Shown here: positions 12,711 through 26,289 of the stretch, one piece after another
Position numbering within the stretch: position 1 is the first letter of the stretch
Layout: each line of letters starts with the position of its first letter
DNA from: Octopus sinensis
Lineage: Eukaryota
Length of the DNA: 64,000 nucleotides
Assembly (NCBI RefSeq): GCF_006345805.1
Contig: NC_043005.1
Span: 25,792,001 to 25,856,000 of the forward strand
Direction: 5' to 3'
Made by a program: the position numbers and the translations under genes
Notes under the pieces: model-generated
Database searches by the model: none
What the model was told of the DNA's origin: nothing
What the model saw: the letters and a program-made list of their open reading frames with translations, nothing else

Positions 12711-12859
12711 TATGTGTGTGTATGTGTGTGTGTACACACACATACATATATTTATATGTATACATCTATATATATATATGCATATATGCACACACATATA
12801 TTTTTATGTATATATATATATATGTGTATATATATATATGCATATATATATACACACAT

Positions 12860-13248
12860 TCTTTTAATTGTTTCAGTCATTTGACTGCGGCTGCTATGTT
12901 ACGGTGGTGTAAAGGCCCCAACATTGGTTGTCAAGCGATGGGGGTGATGGGGGTACAAATACAGACACACAAACATATACATTTATGTATATGTATGCAT
13001 GGGCTGCCCCCTCGTTATCGAGTATGACCATACATGTATGCATTCATATATATATATATATATATATACATATATACATACATACATATGACGGGCTTCT
13101 TTCAGTTTCCGTCTACCAAATCTACTCATAAGGCTTTGGCGGCCCGAGGCTGTAGTAGAAGACACTTGTTCAGGGTACCACTTAGTGGGACTGAACTTAG
13201 AACCATGTAGTTGGGAAGCAAGCTTCTTACCTAATGGCCTCGCCTGCA

Positions 13249-13251
<3 letters not shown>
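12860..13251 (-). mobile_element. SINE family A, internally deleted
   Basis: Reverse complement of the same consensus. Confidence 0.8.
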
Positions 13252-13285
<34 letters not shown>

Positions 13286-13829
13286 GTATACATATATACA
13301 CACATATATGTATGTTTGTGCCGTGTGTGTGTGTGTGTATGTAAATATGTATATTTGTACGTGTATAAACTGCAGCACACTTTTCGCTTAATAAATTCCT
13401 CTTACATATCATTGATTATTGTTAAGGGGCAGTAAAAAGCCCATATCCAAGATATTGTGTATTGGATTGGAAACCAAATTCACCTGTTAATTCTTATTTG
13501 TATTCAGCATCGAATGTTTTCAATTGTTTCCATGGATCCGCTGCATAATTTTCAATAATAAAACATAAAGATATACTGATCTAACGACCCACCGAATAAG
13601 ATGATTTGAGTTTAAGAATGGAGACATATGAAGTCACAAGAAGAACAGAGAAAAAGCGAAATATTATTTTGTCGCTGGTGTTGAAAGTTACTGTTCCGGT
13701 TTGTGTAGACACTTTGAAAGCAGAACATTTATCAAAATTGATCTAACCTGGGTTACATTAATATAATTTTTCAGTTACGAAACTAAAGATCTCATACTCT
13801 GTGCAACAGATCTCCCCTGGCAAAATCCC

Positions 13830-14300
13830 ATGTTTCACTTTCTCTTAAGAACCAGAAAATTCTGCATCACCCGACAACGTTTCATTCTCTACAAAGTTCA
13901 GGTGAGATCTATAACGGAGTACAGTTCATGCATGTGGGTCGAACCTGCTGCTATATACAAATATATCCTAAATTTCATCCAGGTAAAAGCTGCTGAAGTG
14001 ATTTACATGAAATCAGCCACAAACATACTTTCATCTCTGACTGAGAGAAGTTCCCTTTCTCTCTCCTCACCCAGCCTTTACTGCTGCTACAATAGTTCAA
14101 GTTTATCCGCCATGACTGACTGCCCTCATGCCGTATACATCCGCCCTTTTCTTTTTTCCATCCCATACCCCATATCTTTCTGCCAAACATTGCTCTTACC
14201 ACCAAACAAGATCCTTCCTAATCAAAATTTTTTTGTCATTGTATTGAACTCTCTACCTACGTCTTTTCTACATTCGGCTACTGGCATTAATCTTGCTAGC
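13830..14300 (+). mobile_element. CR1/L2-type LINE ORF2 C-terminal relic
   Basis: LRTRKF...ILYKVQVRSITEYSSCMW...ILNFIQVKA resembles the LYKAQVRPxMEYCSHIW...LDRIQ motif after the RT domain; WNSLP-like LNSLP follows. Confidence 0.65.
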
Positions 14301-15187
14301 CTTTTGGGGACTGCAATGGCTATGGTTACAGTGCCTTCCTTCAGACATTACAATCCACAAGGTAACATTATCGCGTGCAACCTTCATTAAAACTTCAGGG
14401 CAATCTGTCTGCCATATCTAGGCAAGTAGAGCGATAGTATTAATGCTCTCTCAGGATTAAGATGTTTCTAATCATTTGAATAATGAAACAATTTCAAAAG
14501 ACCAAATATTTGATGAAAAAATATATAAATATATATAAGAAAAGCTGGTGACGACTATTTTTCCTTTTTATTAGCAATACAAAAGATATCAACAGACGTG
14601 CAGGCTTATTTCGAATTAAAAATCGAAATATTATTAAACGAATCACTAAGTAAATTTATAAAATTGAATGGATTTCGTTGGAGTGAGAGAACAAGAGGAA
14701 AATGAACGAAAGATGGTATTGGTTAAAAATTCAATGATTCTTCGGCGCCAAACACAAGACAAATAGCAGTTAATAGATTGAAAGCATTGTTAATGCCAGG
14801 AATATTCGAAGAGAAAATACTGACGTCAGATCAAATATGCGATTGAAGAAAAAAGAGATATTTTTTGTTAGTGATTATTATAATCTTTTCATACTTTTTA
14901 TTTAATAGTGTTGCTGTACTTATATGTCACTTGTGGCTTTCACGAAATGTCATTGCTAATGTTATTTGGATAATATTGAACATGTTTAGTGTAGACATTA
15001 GGAAAGAATAAAGTATATTTGAACCATAGAGAATGACAATAGCAATAATAATAAGAAACCTCGAAGAAGAAGTTTGATATTATATTAAATTATACAAACA
15101 TATATGTATATACATTGGTACAAAGATAGATATTACACATACACACACAAACATGCATATATAGACACACAAACACATATATATATA

Positions 15188-15233
<46 letters not shown>

Positions 15234-15511
15234 GCTAAGCTACATATCATAATATTCTAACATAAAATGAGGAAATACAGAGTATGATTGCACACAAACA
15301 TTATTTTTCCTAAATATTTACAAGTAAAATGTTAACAGTGACTTCAAGTTTAAGTTTGCTCGACGTCATCAGACTGGCCGCGGCGAATAAGCTGGATTTT
15401 GAGGCTTGTATATAAATGTATTTACATTTATCATCTAAATATATAAACATACATGAATACAACGTGGCTGCAGATAAGAATCTTAGAAGGACACTCTATA
15501 TACAAAGATGA

Positions 15512-15550
<39 letters not shown>

Positions 15551-15659
15551 TATATTTAAAACTTAGGAGAAAATTAGATATGTTTCGACCAAAGATTGGT
15601 CCAGGCTATGTTTAACTTAATACCACCACCTGATAGGATTATCTAAATCCTTTTTATAT

Positions 15660-16100
15660 CAAGTTTTGTGGTATTATGGTCCATTCAAGTAGTGAGTTCT
15701 TGTTGAGTGAGTTGTATCAAGGTATGGATGGCTTATCCAGTATTCCTTGAAGAAATTTGTGCAGACTCCGTTTAAAGGTGATGGGATCCCTTTCTTCTTT
15801 GATCAGTTTTGGGACAAAGTTAAACAGGGCAGGGCCTGTTGAGGAACAGAAATTGTTTCGCAGTGTAGCTATATGTTGTGATGTATGGCCCGTGGTCCCA
15901 GCCTTAGATGAACCTTGAAGCTAAAGTTTAGGTCGTTTGGGCAATGCTGACGGTATATTCTCCACATCACGCGTGCAGTTACTTGAGACAATCTACTTTG
16001 CAGGTGTGATCGAAATCTAATCAAACAGATGATTAATTATGAATGAGGCTAAGTTGCTGCACCCCAACCATGGCTTTTCTACTATCATCTTAAGAAACTT
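15660..16100 (-). mobile_element. CR1-type LINE 3' relic
   Basis: Minus-strand WRIYRQHCPND..., LRNNF.SSTGPALFNFVPKLIKEE, FKRSLHKFLQ.I.DKP, typical of CR1 ORF2 C-termini. Confidence 0.65.
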
Positions 16101-16459
16101 TTCTTATGAATTTATATTGTATTTCTGAAGAAGGTATAGTTTAATATCCTCTTCTTTATGCAGATTGTAGGTTAGAATCTGTATTACCGATATTATGTAC
16201 TGTAGGATACTGTTTTGGTTGCATATGTCATAGACCAGTGCACACACATGTTCACATATACACACATACACACACACATATATATATATACAAAGGAAAA
16301 TAGAGAGATACGTAGATATGCACATATATGCAAATTCACATATATGCATAAATACATACATAGACATATAAGTATCACATGTATATATGAATGTATATAT
16401 AAATATATACATATATATATATTTATATATATATATAAATATATGTATATATGCATAGT

Positions 16460-16507
<48 letters not shown>

Positions 16508-16742
16508 CAGCAGGTGGGGGTAGAATGAGGAAGAATCGATGATTACGTTTTATCTAGTTGTCCTGAATACGATTTTATGTTTGACTGAAAATATTAAATC
16601 GCCATCCAATATTTATTTTTATATTATTTTTTCAAACAAGCAAACATGAAAATATAAATTGCAGTCTATATTATAAAGAAGCTTTTGTCTAGTTCACATC
16701 AGTCATCACCCGCTTACTCACAACTAAATAAATAAATAAATA

Positions 16743-16792
<50 letters not shown>

Positions 16793-16848
16793 GTACATAC
16801 TGATATACATAAGTGCATATATACATTGCAAACACGTATCCAAAGATA

Positions 16849-16912
<64 letters not shown>

Positions 16913-17309
16913 TTTTGATGTGTATATTTATGTGTATGTATTTTCATGTGTATATGCTTGTATTTGTGTTTGTATAAATATGTCTATATATAACGCACAT
17001 CAGTTAACCTATAAATCATTGGCATGTCAGGAGATTATCATAAAGTTAAATGCATTGTTCAGTACATCACTACTAAGTCTTTATTACAATGTTTTGTTTT
17101 ACATATTATAAAACATTGATAGACGCGTACAGTGTCGTTTTGATTCTGTCTTAAGATGACGTCTGCTTTTAGAATGTTACAGCCGTTAATACTTCTTTAT
17201 ATTTTCCATTGATGTGGCTGTCAAATCTGTAGAAGGCCAAATGAAATCTCTTGGAGTATATTTTATGTCACCGCACGTTTTATTTTCGAATCTTACAATG
17301 TTATATTAA

Positions 17310-17377
<68 letters not shown>

Positions 17378-17449
17378 CACACACACACATATATATATAT
17401 ATACACACATACACACACACACACACACACATACATATATATATATATC

Positions 17450-18040
17450 TGGTGGGTGTCTACTCCTTATTCAGAGTCTCACTACCACTCATAAGGTTTT
17501 GTAAACCAGACAAGTTATTGGAAAGACATACACAAAGATTGCATATCTGATTTGGTCGACCAAGACTTGCAGTTAAGTTCTGATCTTTCTGAATCGTAAA
17601 ATGTCTTCTGAGGCCTCTGTTAGATTTGAACACTTTATGCCATACACAGCATTGAAAGGTGTGCACAGATATATAGAGGGAGTAGTTAAATGAGGTCTGT
17701 TTTTCATGGGTCTGCAAATGAGATTTTAGCCTCGCAAAAGGAAGTCCTGGTCTGTCATAGACTGCATAGAAAAAGGTCGCTGAGATTCACCTTGACGCTG
17801 ATCCCAACATTCTTCTTTAAATCTCTCTTGAGTGTTGCATGTGTCATCCTAGCCTCCTCAAAAGCTTTCCCTCCACACTACACTTAGTTCGACATGCAAC
17901 TCGATCCGAAAGAGTAGTTTCCAAATGACTTCATGGTAGTCCTTATGTCGTCCTTAAACCTCTTTTTAGATTTACACGCATTGCGTTACCCCTCTGCAAG
18001 CTCGCCATAAAACAGCTGTTCTGGTGTGCGTTCATCCACC
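17450..18040 (-). mobile_element. RTE (BovB-like) LINE 3' relic
   Basis: MVDERTPEQLFYGELAEG.R...KKRFKDDI and C2H2-like CCVWHKVFKSNRGLRRH. Confidence 0.75.
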
Positions 18041-18232
18041 ATATATATTCTTTTACTTGTTTCGGTTATTTGACTAGGACCATACTGGCACTCCGCCGTT
18101 AGTCGAACAAATCGACCCCAGGACTTATTCTTTGTTCTTATAAAATACTGTTCACAGATGAGAACAAGATATTCTCTGCGCAGATGACACTTAGCATCTG
18201 CGCAGATGACACTTGTGATATTTCTGTTGCTT

Positions 18233-18395
18233 AGGCGTAGGAGTGACTGTGTGGTAAGTAGCTTGCTTACGAACCACATGCTTCCGAGTTCAATCGCACT
18301 GCATGGAACCTTGGGCAAGTGACGTCTACTTAGCCTCGGGCCGACCAAAGCCCTGTGAATGTATTTGATAGACGGAAACTGAAAGAAGCCCGTCG

Positions 18396-18476
<81 letters not shown>

Positions 18477-18698
18477 ATATGTATATAAGTTTGTGTGTCT
18501 GTGTTATCTCCTCAACATCGCATGACAATCGATGCCGGTGCGTTTTCGTCCCCGTAACATAGCGGTTCGGCAAAAGAGATTGATAGAATAAGTACTAGGC
18601 TTATAAAGACTAAGTCCTGGGGACGATTTTCTCGACTAAAGGCGGTGCTCCAGCATGGCCACAATCTCATGACTGAAACAAATAAAAGAGTAAAAAGA

Positions 18699-18700
<2 letters not shown>
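18233..18700 (+). mobile_element. SINE family A, full length (a 3' fragment on the minus strand lies at ~18050-18150)
   Basis: Consensus head, core and tail. Confidence 0.85.
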
Positions 18701-18732
<32 letters not shown>

Positions 18733-18734
<2 letters not shown>

Positions 18735-19385
18735 TAGCATTATGACCCTACAAAGACGTGTCATAGTGCTAGTGCATGTATATATGTGTATATATATGTG
18801 TACATATTACATGTACAAATATATATATATACATCTACACATAAAATACAAAATACAAAGTTATATCTTGATATCGCTAGTGATAACAATACTGAAAATA
18901 TATAACAGACTGGAATTGTAGGACTATTCCATTTCTGCACGCTAATTTTATTTTTAATTTATTCCTATTCATGTGAAACCACTTATTCAGGTTCAAGTCA
19001 TTGATGCAATTTTATACCAATTGCTATTTTTACTTTTGTTATGTTACGATTATATTATACTTTAGTTTGATTTTAATTATTACTTACTACATATAATTCA
19101 ATTGTTATTATTATCTCTAATTTTTATTGTTAAAGTGAAAGTATCTGACATAAAATTGAAAAATATTTTTGTTTCACTTTTAACACGTAATACTGAAATA
19201 GTGGAGAAGATATGATATTGCTATGGGCTCACCCTAGGCAAGAAGTTGAGCATTTTTTTGCCGATGACACTCCCCGGACTCTAAGTAAGACATGTGTAAA
19301 ATTTGAATGAAATTGGTTTTGTAGTTCTCAAGTTTTAGGGAAACACACAGACAGACAGACACACATTCTCAATTTTATATATACA
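18733..19385 (-). mobile_element. Non-autonomous Helitron
   Basis: Minus-strand 5' end TATATATAAAATTGAGAATGTGTGTCTGTCTGTCTG...CAAATTTTACAC, as in Lep1-like Helitron starts. The 3' end is a hairpin ending in GCTAG|T. Confidence 0.6.
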
Positions 19386-19398
19386 TACACATATACAT

Positions 19399-19458
<60 letters not shown>

Positions 19459-19459
<1 letters not shown>

Positions 19460-19748
19460 GAGGCGCAATGGCCCAGCGGTTAGGGCAGCGAACTCGCGGT
19501 CGTAGGATCGCGGTTTCGATTCCCAGACAGGGCGTTGTGAGTGTTTATTGAGCGAAAACACCTGAAAAGATCCACGAGACTCCGGCAGGGGTAGGTGATC
19601 CCTGCTGTACTCTTTCACCACTCTTTCTCCCACTCTTTCTTCTGTTGGCCTACTCGTTTAGCCAGCGGGGTGGCGTCATTCGAAGGCTAAAACAATGCGA
19701 ACGCATTGTGACTAGCGATGTGTAACTACATCTGATGGACTGGTCGGT

Positions 19749-19756
<8 letters not shown>
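19459..19756 (+). mobile_element. tRNA-Arg-like SINE (OR-type head), tail variant 1
   Basis: GGAGGCGCAATGGCCCAGCGGTTAGGGCAGCGAACTCGCGGTCG...GTTTCGATTCCC; lies ~90 bp from the exon 2 donor. Confidence 0.75.
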
Positions 19757-19797
<41 letters not shown>

Positions 19798-19844
19798 AAC
19801 GAATGGTTATGCATGGCAGACAGAATTAAAGGATTAATACTAAC

Positions 19845-19897
19845 CTTGATGGCAAGTTCAAAATCGTCCCACTCTATCACCCCATCGTGGTTGCAAT
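19845..19897 (-). CDS. cex: Calexcitin coding exon 2 (D-CNHDGVIEWDDFELAIK; EF-hand 1 loop)
   Basis: Acceptor TTTATTATTTCAG and donor AAG|GTTAGT. The phase-1 start completes GAT (Asp23) with the G from exon 1. Canonical EF-hand loop DCNHDGVIEWDD. Confidence 0.95.
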
Positions 19898-21055
19898 CTG
19901 AAATAATAAAAAAAAAACGAATATTAACTTTCGAAAATAGAGATTTACTTCTATTTTCATACACACAAATACGTACACGCGCCACACCCACGCACTCACA
20001 CACACAACAAGCACACATTACGCACGCACATATATATATGTGGAAAAAATGTGTGTATGCACATATATTTTAAAATAACTGTAGTTATAAAATTATTATC
20101 TTCCATCACATGTTTGTCATTAAAATTTCTGTATTTTTATGGTTTCAGATTCCAAACTTCCAAGAATCCGCACAAAAGAATAAAAATTTGATTTTCTATT
20201 CGATAATTGATGATGTGACATAAATACATACCTATATACATACGTAAATGCATATATTTTTGTGCGTGTGAGAAGCCGTAAAATGCAAGTTAAATTTTTT
20301 TATTATATTAAACAATAGTCCAAGATTGCTTCATATTGTGATATTTGGATTTAAAACTCCTTATCAAAATAGAAATAGCTAATTATATTAAATTCGGAAA
20401 TTTTCAAATCCAAACATATAGAAGCTCCACATATGCAGTGCAACGATTTACGTGGTGCAATGTTGTGTCATCGACAACTCTTAACCGTTGTTATCTTGAG
20501 CCAGACAAAAGTTGAGGAAAAACAGCTACTGGTGATTATGAATAATTTATACGAATCGGGGCGATGCAGCCGGAAAGAAATTCAATTTTCATCTGCTACA
20601 TCTGTAAGATATAATTCGCTTTTTGTCTCGTTGCATTGCTTAAGCTAATATATATAAATTTCACGTGATATTCCACGAGAGCCGATGTCTCCTATGATAT
20701 TGGCCTATTAAGCTCATCATTGTACACTTTCTTCCTTTCTTGTCCTTTTACTTTTATTTCTACATTTTCAGGCATGTGTCTGACTCGCGGCTTGGTCGAG
20801 TCCACGTTGGATTCTTTTGTTAGTTATTTCTTTTTTCGTTTTCTTACAAATTTCACTCGTGTTATTTGTGACACTTTTACACACACCCACTTACGCACAG
20901 ACGCGCATACACACGCAAGCACGCATACATATGCACTTACACACACATTCACATATACAAATATATACACACACACACACACATATATATATATATGCAT
21001 GTGTCGTATATCTAACTATATATATATATATATATGTACACAACCATACAAACCC

Positions 21056-21124
<69 letters not shown>

Positions 21125-21174
21125 TGTCGTATATCTAACGTTATATATATATATATAAATCATACAAACTCCTT

Positions 21175-21227
<53 letters not shown>

Positions 21228-22579
21228 CTATTTTCCTTTACGCTTTAGGTTTATATAAAACTACGATTACTATTATGTACAGGAATGTACAAACGGCGCG
21301 GTAGGAAAAAAACACTCGCACCGAAAGCATATAGAAAATTTGTTTACATAGAAACAAAAGCGAACTATTATAGTTCTGAATTTGACAGGAACACGGAGGC
21401 TGGTTTGCTTGTGTAAAGGTAACACACTTAGTGGGGTTAACAAAGTGATGTGGAGTCTACTCCTACGCGGATAGGAAACCCTGTTTTGTTTCTGTTGAGG
21501 TTCTTATATATCCCTTTATTAGAATATTTCCCTTAGTCATTGCACAGTGATTGCTTTAAGCTTATATATAAATACCATTATTTGAACGACGCCGTATAAA
21601 ACAAAAACCATTCGCACTGAATTTTTGCTAAAAATTTATTCAATGGAAATTTCAGATGAACAGACCCTACCCTATAAAATAGCTTTTCAGACCTTTGGAT
21701 TGTCTTTTAGGGACGTCAGAAAGGAAATAAATTATAAATTTGATGAAGTAACAACTATTGTAGCTATAGACTATCACATAGCAGTTCAAGTCATTCCAGA
21801 ACGGAACAAATGACGAACACATCCGAAGAACTAGGATGAAATCATTACGATTCCAAAGACATGTTAACACTGGGAATATATATGACAGTTTAATGTGGCA
21901 AGTTAGCAGAATCGTTAGCACATCGGACAAAGTACTTTACGATCTGAGTTTAAATGTCGCCGAGCTCGACCTTAATTTTTCATCATTTCGGAGTCGATGA
22001 AATAAGCACCAGCTGAGCACTAGAATCTATGTAATCGATTTACACCCTCCACTACACTTGCTGGCCTTGTGCCAGAATTTGAAACCAATATACGCGAAAG
22101 TTTACGTAATATTCAGCTTACGATGAAAGTAGACAATGTTTGCTTTAGAAGCTTTGAGATGTATTGAAAGATCCAGCAGTAATTTATTCTCAGACGCATG
22201 ATAATGCTCATAAAATAGCATGAACAGAATAAACAGAAAAAAATCTTTAGCGGTTAGCCGTGAAACTCGAATTCATGTCCCTGTGATTACGCATCAAGTG
22301 CTTTACCTTTAAGCTAAGCTGTCCAGTAACGAATTGTTTTGCAATTATCGGATTTATAACTTTATAAGACGATAACGTTAAATTCAATTTACATCTTTAC
22401 ACACACCAACATTGAACTGCTATTTTCTGCAGGTTTGAAACTTGCAGGAGTTGCCGATGAGAAGGAAGAGATGTCAATAGAAAACGTTAGCTAATTTAGG
22501 GTATCTGCAATTAAATAAAAAATATACAAGTTTCCCGACATTCAACTTCACTTTCACAATCATGAATAACTCAGTTAGA

Positions 22580-22975
22580 AAAAAAATATTGGTCCCAAGC
22601 CATAAGGCTGTCATCTGATCAATGAATAAATCATTCAAGATCTGTAGAGATCTGTAATGGTATAAATGGTTGTAGATGTCGTTTTACATCACCAATGTCC
22701 TGTAAGCCACTTCACTAAGTCCTCAATAATTGGCACTACATCACAGATTCATCAGAGATTCACATTGAAGAAATAATCCCAATCATTCTTCTTAAAGAGT
22801 TAGATGCTTCACGATTGTGTAACGGAACAGAACTGGTTGTCAAGCAGGCCATTTGCTGTTTAATTGAAATGGGATCGAAAAGTTGTGTTGCTGAAGAGCG
22901 CGTATGTTTCACAATAATTAGACTCATTCTCGGTGACAGAACTCTCTGTACGAAATTCAAAATACTTAATATAGT
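22580..22975 (+). mobile_element. Helitron Pif1-helicase relic
   Basis: IPIILLKELDASRLCNGTELVVK...IRLI matches the Helitron helicase motif PIMLLRNLD..KLCNGTRL.VK...IPRIPLI. Confidence 0.7.
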
Positions 22976-23868
22976 AGACTTGAATAATCTGTTTATTCAT
23001 AGAACGCCATAGGCCTCTCTCACAGACCAGGAATTGATTGTATCTTTTGTGATCTGCGATGGCTGAATTTACTTACTTTTAACCTAGAGTAACGATGACA
23101 ACAGCGAGTTCGTGAGAACTGAAGCGTAAGTGGCTTTACGATTTTCATAAAATTCAACTTTATGTCTAACGTCAGGCAAGGATTTGAAAATAGTCAAATA
23201 AATTTAAATATCGGAAACAGCGTTCTAATTGAAACACTTTTGCAGACTGAATACATCATTTGCTTTACATTTCTTACATGTCCACTCACATGTAGATACT
23301 CATGCTCGTACAGAAATGCACTCCATGTTATATATATATTCATGTATATATCTGTATTACATTTCTATATTATATTTCATTGCATATTTCCATGATTATT
23401 TATATTCAATGTACACATTCTAAGATTTTTTGTGTGTAATTTCATGATTCTACGCCATTTTCATTATGTGTTCACATGCTTGGCGTCATATATTATGTTC
23501 ATCTTTAACTTATTTCATAATCTTTCCCCTCCTCATATACATATACACTCGTCCACTCACATTAATAAATACATATATACATACATGCATATATATATAG
23601 TCACACACACGCAGAAATACACACACATACACACGCAGAAATACACACACACACACACACATATACATATATATATATACGACGGCTTCTCTTAGTTTCC
23701 GTCAACAAAATCCAGTCACAAGACTTTAGTCTGCGCATGGTTAAAAAACGAAAAGACTTGCGCATACAGTGGAGGTGAACCCGGAACAATGTCTGAAGGA
23801 AACTTATTACCATACACCCAAACCTGCGACTACTTAACATATATGTATGTATATATATGTGCACACAT

Positions 23869-23904
<36 letters not shown>

Positions 23905-24589
23905 GTGCATAATATATTCGTTAATTATAACCGAATACACATAAAACATTAAATCGATTACCAAACATACAGTTTTCCGAACTGAAACAAAAAGACACTA
24001 CAATCAGCAACGTTTGTAAGGAAGGAACTCTTGGTTAAAGATAAGAAATAGGAGCTTTTAGTACAGAACTCTTTAACGATGCGAGTCAAATATAAATATA
24101 TAATAAAAACGAGAAATAACGCCGTTATAAATAACAGGAAGCTACGATATTTAGTAACGAGTTCAATTATTATAACAGTAAGAATAAACTATTTTTTGAC
24201 AACGAGAGAAGAGGACAGAACGGCGAAGATAGTTTATTGAGCTGGAAAATCTAAGATAACTACTTGTTTGTAATGATGAAAAGAAACGGAAAGATAATAT
24301 AAAGAAGGAATATAACGCAAATAGCTATACTACAAAACATATGTATAATGTGTCTTTATAGGTTTTCCACTACAATCCGGTGTGCATAATTATCAGTATT
24401 GGTTGAATGTACTGGGTTTACTTTAGTGTATTCTTAAAATTCTATACACACATATACATATGCGCTTAGTGTCTCTCTCACACACACAAAGGCACACATA
24501 TGCATGTATGCTTGCACATAATATATAAGAGAGATAAAGAAAAACATATAGAGACAGATAGATAAATAGATAGGTAGATAGATATGTAA

Positions 24590-24654
24590 GTAGGTAGACA
24601 GACAGACAGATAGAGAGATAGACAGATAGTTAGATAGACAAACAGAAAGGTAAG

Positions 24655-24693
<39 letters not shown>

Positions 24694-24759
24694 GTAGGTA
24701 TGTAGGTAGGTAGATAGGTAGGTAGGTAGGTAGGTAGGTAGGTAGACAGACAGACAGAC

Positions 24760-24810
<51 letters not shown>

Positions 24811-24827
24811 CAGATAGACAGATAGAC

Positions 24828-24919
<92 letters not shown>

Positions 24920-24920
24920 T
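24590..24920. repeat. Compound (GATA)/(GACA)/(GGTA)n microsatellite, representative of dozens of (TA)n, (CA)n, (TATG)n and (GATA)n arrays in the window
   Basis: Direct inspection; these arrays generate most ORFs in the track. Confidence 0.95.
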
Positions 24921-26289
24921 TTAAACATCTTGATTTCTATATAGGCCTCCTTTTTCCAGCAGAATTTATTCTTTTGATATATGCTATAAACAGACTTATA
25001 ATAGTCATTAGCCACCGCAGCGAGGTTACCTTTTATATTAAGACCAAAATGAGATTTACTTGAAGACATTTTGATCCGAAAGACAGATAATAATTCATAG
25101 CGCATTTTTCTATTCAATATAATTTTATCTTTATCAGCATCGGTAATATTATTCAAAGATCCAAGGGGCCGAAATACCAGAGTGGATGTTATCAACTAGC
25201 CCTTAAAACTGTTGAATGTGTAACTAAATCAGAAACTATTATTCATAAAGCTAGCAAAATTCAGGACATTAATAAACTTACGATGGGTTACAACATTTCA
25301 TAGTGTCAATTTGTAAATATTTAGACATCGATGTGTTAGAAAGTGGTTGAAGCCTGTTTATAGCAACCTGTACATTGTTCCAAAAGAGTGAGTGACAAAG
25401 GAGAAACCACTTTTAATCGTAGATAAGATCTTGTCTAAAATATGTTTACTAATTATAACTATTAGGTATTTGGTAAGGGTTAATAATGTAATAGAACGGC
25501 CATTATAGACATTTGACTATTAAATTTGAGAGCGAATTCTGCGTATTTAGAGTTAGTAGGCTCTCTTCTATGATTTATTTCCAAATTCGAAGTAATCAGA
25601 CGATACGTTTATCTCTTAAGTATTTGGTTTTGTTTGAATGAATTTTCTGAGAATAACTAATTTCCTTCATTTTAGGTTAAGTTCACATAGGAAACGGCTG
25701 TTGTATTTTGTTAGTGTTTTATTTGTTAAGTGTTTCAAAAGATCATCTCCAAAACGTCGCAGTAATTGTCTATTGATCGACACTCGTTAGACCTCCAAAC
25801 CATTTCAAATTTTACAAGAAAGGAATTAGTTATTTCCTTTCACTGTTATTTATAACAACTTTATAGCTTTATGATTTCAGGCATTAAACTCCCCCTTTCA
25901 CGTTTGAATATCTCCAACTAAGACATATTATTTTCTCATATAAAAGGTTACTTGTCTATCCTCCCCTTCTTGTCATTAATGTATATTCTTCGTGGTGTTT
26001 TTGTGCATTTCTGTTATCGATCTGTTGGTTTAATAATTCCCGTTACAATTCTGAATACAGACACGTACACACACAACTTGCTTATAAATATATTGCCAGG
26101 AATGTAACTGAACCCTTTTCTACATCGAAACTATAAAGATGTCTAATTGGCAGGTAAGCTCTAAATTATGAAGACGCCATTCATAATGAGGCCGAATTAA
26201 TTATGCACGAGCTGCAAATAAATCGGATTGTTCTGTCTCCAGCATGCAAAATCAATCGAACATATTTGCCTGATTTCGTAAATTATCTT

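Noticed and set aside
15580-15612. GACCA-ATCTT-TGGTC-GAAAC hairpin (also 28470-28510 CGAAACATATGTC and 62785-62812)
   Set aside because: Only the GAAA half of a hammerhead is present; CUGANGA is missing or collapsed.
19459-19530. tRNA-Arg-like sequence (also 29259, 48690-48760 and other SINE heads)
   Set aside because: No proper acceptor stem, and each continues into a SINE body, so these are not tRNA genes.
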